IMG/VR virus record: IMGVR_UViG_3300049456_000112
Location: 1 to 55,624 of that record
Strand: one strand, 5' to 3'
Source of the DNA: a virus
Lineage: Duplodnaviria; Caudoviricetes
Length of the DNA: 55,624 nt
This document shows positions 18,847-26,863 of this stretch, piece by piece. Numbering within the stretch: the stretch's first letter is position 1; each line of letters starts with the position of its first letter. A program made the position numbers and the translations under genes. The notes below the pieces were generated by a model that was given only the letters and a program-made list of their open reading frames with translations, was not told the DNA's origin and did no database searches.

Positions 18847-19404
18847 ATGAGAAACTGTAAAATCAGCATGCAATCAATCACGCCCTATTCACAGAGCCGG
18901 CAGCACGAAACGCCAAAACTCAATGGCGAGACGAACGATGGCCATGAGCTGCGGACATGGCGGGAGAAGTGCAACTACAACAAAGAGGGCTTCCTCTACA
19001 TCCCGGCCATGGCCCTGAAGCAATGCATGGACTCGGCATCCAAGAAGAGCGGCCTGCAAATACCGGGCAAAGGCAAATCGACCTACGCGAAGTATTTCCT
19101 GGCCGACGTGATCTGCGATGCCGACGTGGTGCTGCAGACCAAAAAGGATCAGGTCGACTCTGTGCGGATCAGCGCCAATGTCGATGGCGTGCGCGGGAGT
19201 GGCAAGCGCGTCTGGCGAACCTTCCCGGTGGTACCGAGCTGGTCGGCGGTCGCGCACTTTACGATCCTCGATGATACCGTCAGCAAGGATATCTTTGAGA
19301 CCGTATTCAAGCTCGGCGGCGCCAGCATCGGCATCGGCCGGTTCCGGCCCGAGAAGGGCGGTCTCAATGGTCGATTCCGGCCGACCAAGTTTGAATGGAG
19401 CTGA
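18847..19404 (+). CDS. RAMP/Cas7-like RNA-binding protein (stand-alone, no CRISPR)
   Basis: N-terminal strand ending ITP, RAMP-like LYIPAMALK motif, C-terminal Gly-rich loop GIGRFRPEKGGLNGRF. Confidence 0.6.
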   Translation: MRNCKISMQSITPYSQSRQHETPKLNGETNDGHELRTWREKCNYNKEGFLYIPAMALKQCMDSASKKSGLQIPGKGKSTYAKYFLADVICDADVVLQTKKDQVDSVRISANVDGVRGSGKRVWRTFPVVPSWSAVAHFTILDDTVSKDIFETVFKLGGASIGIGRFRPEKGGLNGRFRPTKFEWS

Positions 19405-19406
19405 TA

Positions 19407-19883
19407 ATGAGCTTCATCCAACGCTCGGACATCGCCGATCTCAGCCGCAGGATCGTCGCCGCATTGGTCGGTACCAATGATGAAGTCTCCGACACCGCGC
19501 TTTCGCAGGTCGTCGGAGAAACCATTGCGCCCAACTCCTACGCGCTGAAGGCCGCATTCCGCGACCTGCAGCGCGCCGACCCGCCCATCCATTTCCGGCG
19601 CATCAGGCGGGTCGGTTGGAAACGGATGCATGACCCCGATTTGGTCGTACATTCGGAGGCCGACCTGAAGAAGATTGCACGCGGTGCGCGCCGTGGTCGC
19701 AAACGGTTGGGTGATGTTCGGTTCTCCGCGCTCAACAACCAAGATCAGCTCCACGCGGCGCGCAACAACACGCGGTTTGCCGCGATCGAGGATGCGGCGA
19801 CAACGGTCAAGAGCCGGATGCCGTCCAGACTTCCTGATCTCTCCGACGTCATCGCAAGGATCAAGGGTGAACAGGTCACGTAA
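19407..19883 (+). CDS. Basic putative DNA-binding protein associated with the pentamer arrays
   Basis: Starts 2 nt after the RAMP-like stop; wHTH-like N-terminal half (ALSQVVG...FRRIRRVGWKR), Arg-rich helix. Confidence 0.65.
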   Translation: MSFIQRSDIADLSRRIVAALVGTNDEVSDTALSQVVGETIAPNSYALKAAFRDLQRADPPIHFRRIRRVGWKRMHDPDLVVHSEADLKKIARGARRGRKRLGDVRFSALNNQDQLHAARNNTRFAAIEDAATTVKSRMPSRLPDLSDVIARIKGEQVT

Positions 19884-19889
19884 ATCCGG

Positions 19890-20002
19890 CGCCCCGCCGC
19901 GCCCCGCAGCACGTCGCTACGCGTCGCGCCACCCCGCAACGCACTGCTTCTCGACGCATCGCATCGCGCCACTGCGCACCACTGCGCATCTCAACGCAAC
20001 GT
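19890..20002 (+). repeat. Pentamer array A3 (22 units plus CGT)
   Basis: CGCCC CGCCG CGCCC CGCAG CACGT CGCTA CGCGT CGCGC CACCC CGCAA CGCAC TGCTT CTCGA CGCAT CGCAT CGCGC CACTG CGCAC CACTG CGCAT CTCAA CGCAA CGT. Confidence 0.95.
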
Positions 20003-20018
20003 CCACCGAGATCACCGC

Positions 20019-20096
20019 CGCAGCGCTGCGCTTCGCCCTGCTTCTCACCACCTCGCGACACAGCTCTCCGCAACGCGTCGCAATGCACCGCAACGT
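20019..20096 (+). repeat. Pentamer array A4 (15 units plus CGT)
   Basis: CGCAG CGCTG CGCTT CGCCC TGCTT CTCAC CACCT CGCGA CACAG CTCTC CGCAA CGCGT CGCAA TGCAC CGCAA CGT. Confidence 0.95.
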
Positions 20097-20113
20097 CTGC
20101 CACAAATTGCCGC

Positions 20114-20176
20114 CGCATCGCCTCGCATCGCTCTGCCTCACCTCGCCTCGCCACGCTCTGCCCCGCAATGCAACGT
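20114..20176 (+). repeat. Pentamer array A5 (12 units plus CGT)
   Basis: CGCAT CGCCT CGCAT CGCTC TGCCT CACCT CGCCT CGCCA CGCTC TGCCC CGCAA TGCAA CGT. Confidence 0.95.
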
Positions 20177-20199
20177 TTTGCCCCGGATCGCTTTCCCTT

Positions 20200-20277
20200 C
20201 GCCGCGCCACGCGCCGCCTCTCCACGCCCCGCCCCGCATCGCCCCGCGTGGCAGCTCGCCGCAGCTCATCGCATCGG
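20200..20277 (+). repeat. Pentamer array A6 (15 units plus CGG)
   Basis: CGCCG CGCCA CGCGC CGCCT CTCCA CGCCC CGCCC CGCAT CGCCC CGCGT GGCAG CTCGC CGCAG CTCAT CGCAT CGG. Confidence 0.95.
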
Positions 20278-20285
20278 TTTTGAAA

Positions 20286-20777
20286 ATGACAGTCGTTTTG
20301 GCATTGGATTTGGCATCAATCAGCGGCTGGGCTCTCGGCGAGCCCGGCGGCACGCCGACGCACGGCTACATCCGATTCGCCGCGCCCGGCTCTTCGCACG
20401 AGGCGATCTTTGCCGCCGCGTGCAGGTGGATGATCGACATGATGGAAAGACGGCCAACGGTTGTTGTCTTTGAGTCGCCGCTCGCGACATCGTTCAAGCG
20501 CGGCAAGACCAACGCGAGCACCACCGGATTGCTCTGGGGACTCCCTGCCGTGATCGGTGCCGTCGCCTACATGTCCGGGTGTTACAACATCAGGAAGGCC
20601 GACACGCGCGATGTCCGCATCCATTTCATCGGAAGCAACCCGCCGCGCGCCAAGGCGAAGGCCATGACGGTGCTGAACTGTCAGCGCCTCGGCTGGAACG
20701 TCACCGACGACAATGAGGCCGACGCGCTCGCGATCTGGCATTTCATGTGCACCATCATCGCGCGGAGCAAATCATGA
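20286..20777 (+). CDS. RuvC-like Holliday junction resolvase
   Basis: VLALDLASISGWA, VVVFESP, DDNEADALAIW catalytic motifs. Confidence 0.85.
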   Translation: MTVVLALDLASISGWALGEPGGTPTHGYIRFAAPGSSHEAIFAAACRWMIDMMERRPTVVVFESPLATSFKRGKTNASTTGLLWGLPAVIGAVAYMSGCYNIRKADTRDVRIHFIGSNPPRAKAKAMTVLNCQRLGWNVTDDNEADALAIWHFMCTIIARSKS

Positions 20778-21052
20778 TCGATTGCCCGTATTGCGCCGGC
20801 AGCGGCAAGGTGAAGTCACGGCCCATTCCGGTGGCGCTCACGCCATTGCAACGGCGCATCTATGAGCTGCTCGCCGCCGTTCCGATCGGTGTCTCAATTG
20901 ATGCTGTTGTTAACCGTGTCTATGTCGATGGCGCACCGCCCAATGCGAGAAACTCGGTATGGGTAACGATCATCAACGCCAACAAACGGCTAGAGCCGTT
21001 CCAGCAAAGAATAATCGCAAAACGCGGCTGGTGCAGTCTGAAGACGATCTGA
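20774..21052 (+). CDS. Zn-knuckle plus winged-helix protein
   Basis: CPYCAGSG, LTPLQRRIYELL, NSVWVTI..NKRL....RG. Confidence 0.65.
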   Translation: MIDCPYCAGSGKVKSRPIPVALTPLQRRIYELLAAVPIGVSIDAVVNRVYVDGAPPNARNSVWVTIINANKRLEPFQQRIIAKRGWCSLKTI

Positions 21053-21074
21053 TGGCGAGCTGGGGGGCCGGCAG

Positions 21075-21785
21075 GTGCTTTTCTATCAACATAACATCGC
21101 GGACTGGATGGACGGGACGGAAAGTCTCGATGCCGAGCCGTACCGCACCTATCACGTCATCTGTCAACTCATCTATCAGAACGAAGAGCCGATCTGCAAC
21201 AATGAACACGGAATCGCAGGACGTTGTAAGCAATCTCTCAAGACGTATCGAACCGCGCTCGCCATGTTGATCAAGCTTGGAAAGTTGACGCTTCAGGACG
21301 GCCGCATCGCCAATGTTCGCGCCGAAAAAGAGCTGAAGAAAGTCGATGTGCGTCGCATCAATAGCGCGCGCGGCGGCAAGAACAGTGCAGGCGTGCCCAA
21401 GATGCGCGGTAAGCCATTGAAAGGTAACGGGCAGGCAACAGTGACACTGTCCGCTGTGAACAGTCTAAAAGACAATACAAGACAAGAAGATACAATAAAG
21501 GATTCAGACGCTCACGCGTCTGACGATGGCTGGCCGGCCGATTATGGCGATGTCTTCTGGAAACTATACCCGAACAAGGTCGGCAAGCCGAAGGCGCTCA
21601 TCAAGCTCGCCGCCTGTCGCAAGCGCGGCATCACTTGGTCTGAAGTTATCGAAGGACTGCGCCGCTATGTTCGCGACAAACCGCCGGACAGGCCATGGCT
21701 CAATCCCGAAACATTCATCAATCAGGAGCGATGGGGGGATCAACCCGCGCTTCCGTTGGGCCGTAACCCGACGAGCATCCTATGA
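21075..21785 (+). CDS. DUF1376/YdaU-type replication initiator
   Basis: FYQHNIADW..GT..L....Y, N.RAEKEL; C-terminal FWKLYPNKVGK..A...NPETFINQERW. Confidence 0.8.
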   Translation: MLFYQHNIADWMDGTESLDAEPYRTYHVICQLIYQNEEPICNNEHGIAGRCKQSLKTYRTALAMLIKLGKLTLQDGRIANVRAEKELKKVDVRRINSARGGKNSAGVPKMRGKPLKGNGQATVTLSAVNSLKDNTRQEDTIKDSDAHASDDGWPADYGDVFWKLYPNKVGKPKALIKLAACRKRGITWSEVIEGLRRYVRDKPPDRPWLNPETFINQERWGDQPALPLGRNPTSIL

Positions 21786-22081
21786 CGGCAGATCAGGCCA
21801 TCGATCTCCTCGCGCGTGTTGGTGCTGATCCGCACGGATTTAGCGGCACCAAATTCTTTCGCTGTCCGATGTGCTCACATCTGCGGCGAAAAAAAACAAA
21901 CCGCTGCCTGTCGATCCGATCCGAAGCCTCCGAATTTTTCTTCCGTTGTTTTCACTGCGACTTCAAAGGGAGCTATCGCTATGACGCTGTCCGTCGCAAC
22001 GATCGAGTTTTTCGAGCGCCGAGGCATCTCGCCGGATTTGATCAGTCGATTCGAGATATATACGGGCGCCCGCGACGCTAA
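21782..22081 (+). CDS. Stand-alone primase zinc-binding domain
   Basis: CPMCSHLRRKK..RCLS.......CFHCDFKG. Confidence 0.75.
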   Translation: MTADQAIDLLARVGADPHGFSGTKFFRCPMCSHLRRKKTNRCLSIRSEASEFFFRCFHCDFKGSYRYDAVRRNDRVFRAPRHLAGFDQSIRDIYGRPRR

Positions 22082-23456
22082 CGGAACCGTGGTCGCGAAC
22101 GCGCGCGGCCGGGTGATCGTGTTTCCGTTTGTCGAGCATGGCAATATCGTGAACGAAAAATATCGCGGCCCACAGAAATCGTTCTGGCATCGCAAGGGCG
22201 GCAAGCGAACATTCTGGAATGTTGATGCTCTCGACGATCCGGCGCTCGAAACCGGACTTCAGCCCTTGGTGATCACCGAGGGCATTGAGGATGCGCTCTC
22301 GGCGATCGAATGCGGATATCCATTGACTGTGTCGGTCCCTGACGGGGCGCCGCCGGAAAGCGCGGAGCCATTGCCAGTGCTAAACCCGGAAGCCGAGAAG
22401 AGCGGCAAGTTTGAGTTCATGTGGCACAACCGCGATCGACTCCGGCGCGTGCGACGCTTCATCATTGCAACCGATAGCGACGGTCCGGGACAACGGCTCG
22501 CGGCCGAGATGGTGCGCCGGCTTGCCGCCGGCCGATGCCAGTTTGTGACTTATCCGGACGGCTGCAAGGATTTGAATGATGTCCTCGTACAATACGGACG
22601 CGATGCCGTCATCGCCGTGCTCCGCGATGCCAAGCCCTACCCCGTGCGGGGGCTGTACCGGCTCTCGGAATATCCCTCGCTTGCGCCAATCGAGCCGGTG
22701 TCGGTTGGTTGGTCACTCTTTGACGGCGAATGCGATGGCAACGGTTGGATGAAGTTGTTTGCGGGTGAGTTTGTGGTCGTCACCGGCGTTCCGAGTCACG
22801 GCAAATCCACCTGGACGCTCAATCTGCTTTACAACCTCGCGCGAGATCATGGCTGGCGATCGGCGATCTTTTCGCCGGAGATGCCGACCGTACCGTTCCT
22901 GCGTGACAAGCTGCGCCGGATCATCGGGGTGGTCGAAGATGAGCCCGACGAATTTATCGAGAGGCATTTCGTCTTCATCGATCATGATCCGACCGACAAT
23001 GACGACGACGATGTGACGCTCGAATGGATCATCGACAAGGCACGCGACGCGGTGCTGCGCGACGGCATCAGGGTGCTCGTCATCGATCCCTGGAACGAGG
23101 TCGAGCACGCGCGCCAGCGCGATGAGAGCATGGCCGAATATATCGGCCGCGCCATCCGCATGCTTAAGCGTTTTGCCCGGCAATATGAGGTCGTGGTGAT
23201 TGTGCTCGCGCACCCGACGAAGGATGTATTCGATCGGGGCAACCTGCGAAAGCCGACGCTCTATGACATCGATGGATCGGCGCACTGGTTTAACAAGCCA
23301 GACCACGGCATCGTCATCTGGCGTGATCCGGTCGCGAGCGAGGCCATCATTTCGATTTCGAAAGTGAGGTTTGAGCAGACAGGTTATCGCGGCGATATCA
23401 GGATGCGCTTCAGCGCGATGTCACAACGATTCATGTCGCTTGATCCGGGGCCGTAA
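21981..23456 (+). CDS. TOPRIM primase / SF4 helicase (T7 gp4/Twinkle-like)
   Basis: ITEGIEDALS, SVPDGA, IATDSDGPG, CKDLND; Walker A TGVPSHGKS, VIDPWN, LAHPTK, YDIDGSAHW; GGGAG SD before ATG 21981. Confidence 0.92.
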   Translation: MTLSVATIEFFERRGISPDLISRFEIYTGARDANGTVVANARGRVIVFPFVEHGNIVNEKYRGPQKSFWHRKGGKRTFWNVDALDDPALETGLQPLVITEGIEDALSAIECGYPLTVSVPDGAPPESAEPLPVLNPEAEKSGKFEFMWHNRDRLRRVRRFIIATDSDGPGQRLAAEMVRRLAAGRCQFVTYPDGCKDLNDVLVQYGRDAVIAVLRDAKPYPVRGLYRLSEYPSLAPIEPVSVGWSLFDGECDGNGWMKLFAGEFVVVTGVPSHGKSTWTLNLLYNLARDHGWRSAIFSPEMPTVPFLRDKLRRIIGVVEDEPDEFIERHFVFIDHDPTDNDDDDVTLEWIIDKARDAVLRDGIRVLVIDPWNEVEHARQRDESMAEYIGRAIRMLKRFARQYEVVVIVLAHPTKDVFDRGNLRKPTLYDIDGSAHWFNKPDHGIVIWRDPVASEAIISISKVRFEQTGYRGDIRMRFSAMSQRFMSLDPGP

Positions 23457-23461
23457 CCAAC

Positions 23462-23731
23462 ATGCTGAAGCCGCAAAACATCGTCCAGGCCGCCGAGGCC
23501 GATCTTGCGCGCCGCAATCACAACGCGCGCGAGGCCGAGCTTGCCGATCCGAGCTATGAGCCATACGCATTTCACCGATTGCATGTCCGAAGGGCAGGCG
23601 ACGCGCGCGAGCTGCTCATCCTTGCGCTCATGGACTCCGGGATGGCCGCGAAGACCGCGAAGAGCAATACGAGGCTGATCTATGGCGACGCCGGATTGCT
23701 TCTTTCCGCCATACGCGAGTCGGCGCCATGA
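23462..23731 (+). CDS. Hypothetical protein
   Basis: ORF directly after the helicase. Confidence 0.5.
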   Translation: MLKPQNIVQAAEADLARRNHNAREAELADPSYEPYAFHRLHVRRAGDARELLILALMDSGMAAKTAKSNTRLIYGDAGLLLSAIRESAP

Positions 23732-23900
23732 AACCGGCCGAATTGCGCATATCGCGCGAACTTGCATTGCGCCTTGGTGCCATCGATCCGGAAACGATGG
23801 CGCACTATCGCGAGATGCGCGATGCGGGCCAGATGCTCTTGCGCGAGCCGGAAACGGGGAGGCCGATGTTCTGGCCAAAGGTCCTCCCGACATCGTCGTC

Positions 23901-24467
23901 TTAGGCCGCCATCAACCGGGCTTTGGCCTCCGAGACGCCAACGGCTCTCAGAACGAATAGGATGGCCGCCGATGCGTCAAAATTTGACCCGTCGGATAGC
24001 GCGTGGATGCCGTAAATCGCGCCCAGCGCCGCGCTGGCGGCCTGCAGACGTGCCTTTGGCGCGAGAGGCGCCGCCGCGTTGATCATGGCGCCCATTTCCT
24101 TGCGCATTGGCGCGAAGTGTCCGGGCGAGGCAAACCGGAATTGCGCCAAGTTGGCAGAGCCAAGACGGCCATAGAATACCACGATAGCGGCGGTTAGCCT
24201 TTCGAGCGGGTCGCCATCTTCGGCCACGGCGCGAACGGCCGCGAGGTCGCCGGCCAAAAGATCGGCGACAACCGCCGCGCGCAGCTCGGCCATGTCCGGG
24301 AAATATTGGTAGAGCAATCCCTTCGATACATCGGCCCGCGCGGCAATCGTATTGACGGAGAGCGCCTCAATGCCGTCGCGCGAGATGACATCGATCGACG
24401 ACGCAATGAAGAGCGCGCGCCGGGCAGAGAGCCCCGCGACGACCTTGGCAGTTTTGCGATAGACCAT
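23901..24467 (-). CDS. TetR/AcrR family regulator
   Basis: GIEALSVNTIAARADVSKGLLYQYFPD. Confidence 0.9.
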   Translation of the reverse strand: MVYRKTAKVVAGLSARRALFIASSIDVISRDGIEALSVNTIAARADVSKGLLYQYFPDMAELRAAVVADLLAGDLAAVRAVAEDGDPLERLTAAIVVFYGRLGSANLAQFRFASPGHFAPMRKEMGAMINAAAPLAPKARLQAASAALGAIYGIHALSDGSNFDASAAILFVLRAVGVSEAKARLMAA

Positions 24468-24469
24468 GA

Positions 24470-24658
24470 TCAATCCCCCAGGTTCCGATACGGATAGCCG
24501 CACCGATCATAATATTGCTGCGCGAGGTCGCGTTCATCTGACCCGCGCGAGCCGGGCAGGGCGCACAGGTCGCGGATGAAAGACGAGAGCACCTCGCGCG
24601 GCGAGATGCCGTCATCCTCGCATTTGGCCAAAAATTCGGGCGGAAGCTGAATATTCAT
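24470..24658 (-). CDS. Hypothetical protein
   Basis: LPPEFL..C......P.EVL..FI.DLC....GSDER.LA..YYDRCGY. Confidence 0.65.
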   Translation of the reverse strand: MNIQLPPEFLAKCEDDGISPREVLSSFIRDLCALPGSRGSDERDLAQQYYDRCGYPYRNLGD

Positions 24659-24855
24659 TGCAATGTCTCCACGCGCGACGGCGCAATATTGCGTTCGATC
24701 ATCAAGAGCAGCAATTTCGCAACCGGCCCCGGGATGGAGCCGGAGGCGGCATAACGTTGCGAGGTCGCCTTTGAGATGCCGAGGACCAACGGCGCCGATC
24801 CCGCGATATTGAGGCCTAGCAATTTAAGCGCGGCCCGGTATTGTTGATTCGTCAT
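24655..24855 (-). CDS. Small HTH protein
   Basis: MTNQQYRAALKLLGL.......LGISKATSQRYA...IPGPVAKLL. Confidence 0.75.
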   Translation of the reverse strand: MTNQQYRAALKLLGLNIAGSAPLVLGISKATSQRYAASGSIPGPVAKLLLLMIERNIAPSRVETLQ

Positions 24856-24949
24856 TGCGATGGCCTCTTGCGTGGTAAAACCCTTTCCCGCGTGAGCGGG
24901 CGCGTGGTGATAGGCCGGGAGGTCGCCAAACTTCCCGGCCGCCTTGTTT

Positions 24950-25153
24950 TCAGTCATTCGATAGCCAATGCTGAACCCGACAACCCGGATTCATGTTGCG
25001 CATTGCGGCGATCACGAGCGGCAACGGCGCGGCCGTTGCGAACGCGGTCGGAACAGTGGCGGTATTAAACGCGTCGATAATTTCCGTGACGTGCGGGCCC
25101 TGATAGGTGGCAAGCCAACAATCCCGGCCCAGGTGTATCAAAATACGGTTCAT
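24950..25153 (-). CDS. Hypothetical protein
   Basis: SD GAGAGGG; preceded by AUGGC hairpin. Confidence 0.65.
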   Translation of the reverse strand: MNRILIHLGRDCWLATYQGPHVTEIIDAFNTATVPTAFATAAPLPLVIAAMRNMNPGCRVQHWLSND

Positions 25154-25169
25154 GGTCCCTCTCTATCTC

Positions 25170-25192
25170 GCGCGATGGGCCATCCATCGCGC
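25170..25192 (-). promoter_or_regulatory. AUGGC-pentaloop hairpin upstream of SD
   Basis: Minus strand GCGCGATGG-ATGGC-CCATCGCGC. Confidence 0.7.
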
Positions 25193-25245
25193 CGGCAATG
25201 TCGCCGTTCATGTCCCGCGCGAGTCGGGACATGCGCCGCGACATG

Positions 25246-25584
25246 TCATCGAATCTTTTCGATCTTGCGGATTGAAGTATAGCGCTTTGCGGCCGGGTCG
25301 CCTCCGCGCGAACGGCGATTGTGCAATTCCAAATGACAGGGTCGCCAGCCGGTTGACTTACCGACAATGAAGCGGCGCGCGGCTGATTGCCCTTCCTCAT
25401 CGGAGTAGCAATCGATAACCTCAACGCGCCAGCCTTCAAGCCCCGTCAACATCGGGCATAGGCCGCTATTATCCCGCAATTTGTCCTTTATCGTCGCGGG
25501 AAGATACATCCATGTTTCCCATGTCATGCCGTCAAGCGTTTCCGGCGGAACAACCGGTGCAACCGGTGGATTGTGCCAAGCCAT
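25246..25584 (-). CDS. Hypothetical phage protein
   Basis: Start ATG 25584; LTGLEGWRVEV...RRFIVGKSTGWRPCHLE. Confidence 0.7.
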   Translation of the reverse strand: MAWHNPPVAPVVPPETLDGMTWETWMYLPATIKDKLRDNSGLCPMLTGLEGWRVEVIDCYSDEEGQSAARRFIVGKSTGWRPCHLELHNRRSRGGDPAAKRYTSIRKIEKIR

Positions 25585-25601
25585 TGTGAACCCTCTCAAT
25601 C

Positions 25602-25668
25602 GAGGCCCCGCCATGGGGCCTTCTGACGCCTTAAGGCGGGTAAGGGTTGCCCCTGCCCGCCATAAAGC
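25602..25668 (-). promoter_or_regulatory. Structured leader motif, copy a
   Basis: GCTTTAT-GGCGGG-C-AGGG-GCAA-CCCT-TA-CCCGCC-TTAAGGC ... GGCCCC-ATGGC-GGGGCC. Confidence 0.8.
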
Positions 25669-25685
25669 CCGAATGATGCCCGATC

Positions 25686-26021
25686 CTATCGGATCACGCC
25701 AAAGAGCCTGCAAACCCGCGCGCGGGACGCTCCGGAAAGCGTCTTTGGGAAGTGCAAAGAGCGCGACTCGGTAATGCCCGTCTGCAGGTTCTCGCGCGTG
25801 CAATCGTTCCACTTGTCGAAAGTGAGCGACGACGCGTCGCGCGCCCTGCAATCTGCCTCGCAGAACCCGCCCCATTCGGGCCGGCTGTATTCGAGGCCAA
25901 GGCGCATTGCATCGCGCAAGCTGGCGTTCTCGATAACGAAACCGCGCTCGTCTGCCTCGCAAACTTCGTCGCCTTCGTCATGCGGAAAATATCGTTCGAA
26001 CGTGACGGAAAAGCCTTTCAT
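25686..26021 (-). CDS. Hypothetical protein
   Basis: Start ATG 26021 after GAAAGGGA. Confidence 0.65.
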   Translation of the reverse strand: MKGFSVTFERYFPHDEGDEVCEADERGFVIENASLRDAMRLGLEYSRPEWGGFCEADCRARDASSLTFDKWNDCTRENLQTGITESRSLHFPKTLSGASRARVCRLFGVIR

Positions 26022-26042
26022 CGCCGTATCCCTTTCGTGTTG

Positions 26043-26059
26043 CTGATGGCCATCATCAG
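26043..26059 (-). promoter_or_regulatory. AUGGC-pentaloop hairpin upstream of SD
   Basis: CTGATG-ATGGC-CATCAG. Confidence 0.7.
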
Positions 26060-26104
26060 GCACCGCCCTACGGTGCGACCGGGGCTTGCCCCGGTTTCGG
26101 CCTC

Positions 26105-26767
26105 TCAATCCTCCCGAACAAGCGAAGGGGTATCGGTCGCGAATTGAAGGAAATAATCGCCCCAATCAACATCGCACAGCTTGCCATCTCCGAACACCCG
26201 CACGACAACGCCACGGCGACGGGCGCAATCGGCGCGACCGGCTTCTGTCGTGCTGGTAAAGTCGCAAAAGGACTCGGTGTATCGAACGCGATTACCGAGA
26301 CTTAGGCCCGACTCGGGCTTGGCAGTGACGGCATCAACGAACGCCTTGCGGGCTTCCGGGAGGCCGATAGCGAGCGGGTCGCCTTTCGTGCGGTTGCCGT
26401 CATAGGCAAGCTTTGCGGCGACCCACGCCTTGAGCACTTTTTGGCCGGCTTCCGGGACGCCTTCGCCGTATGTGTCCAGAAAGGCCTGAGCCTCTTGCCC
26501 ATCGCAATATTCGGACAGGCCCGTCCAATTGACATGTCCGTTATCGTCAAGGAACATTGCGCCACCGAAACGGGCATATGTTGACGCCTTGGGCTTGTTC
26601 CAGACATGGCCGCGCTTTGGGTTGGTCGTCTGACTCACAAACCGGAAGCCGCGCTTGGGCGAGTATTCGAGCCAATATCGAATCTTGCACCGCAAGGTGT
26701 ATCCATAGGGATAATCGTCAATGAGGTAGGCCGACTCTGGCGAGATATGCCCTTTCAGGATTTGCAT
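26105..26767 (-). CDS. Hypothetical phage protein
   Basis: GHISPESAY..DDYPYGY.LRCKIRYWLE...QTTNPK...WNKPKASTY; start ATG 26767. Confidence 0.75.
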   Translation of the reverse strand: MQILKGHISPESAYLIDDYPYGYTLRCKIRYWLEYSPKRGFRFVSQTTNPKRGHVWNKPKASTYARFGGAMFLDDNGHVNWTGLSEYCDGQEAQAFLDTYGEGVPEAGQKVLKAWVAAKLAYDGNRTKGDPLAIGLPEARKAFVDAVTAKPESGLSLGNRVRYTESFCDFTSTTEAGRADCARRRGVVVRVFGDGKLCDVDWGDYFLQFATDTPSLVRED

Positions 26768-26785
26768 GTTCTGGTCCCTTTCCGC

Positions 26786-26847
26786 GAGGCACGCCATGTG
26801 CCTCTACTGCCTTAAGGCGCGTAGGGTTTCCCCGCGCGCCGTAAAGC
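26786..26847 (-). promoter_or_regulatory. Structured leader motif, copy b
   Basis: GCTTTAC-GGCGCG-C-GGG-GAAA-CCC-TA-CGCGCC-TTAAGGC ... GAGGCAC-ATGGC-GTGCCTC. Confidence 0.8.
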
Positions 26848-26863
26848 CCCGATGTGAGTCGTC

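Noticed and set aside
18559-20277. CRISPR array or simple microsatellite interpretation of the C-rich repeats
   Set aside because: There are no 23-50 nt identical repeats with spacers and no cas1/cas2. The units are not homogeneous as slippage repeats would be, because two of five positions vary freely.
19675-20473. Arg/Ala/Pro-rich ORFs over the arrays (19675..20283, 19876..20154, 19917..20225, 20168..20473, and the 5' extension of 20178..20777)
   Set aside because: Low-complexity translations of a 5-nt periodic, stop-poor sequence; a period of 5 is not what codon structure produces.
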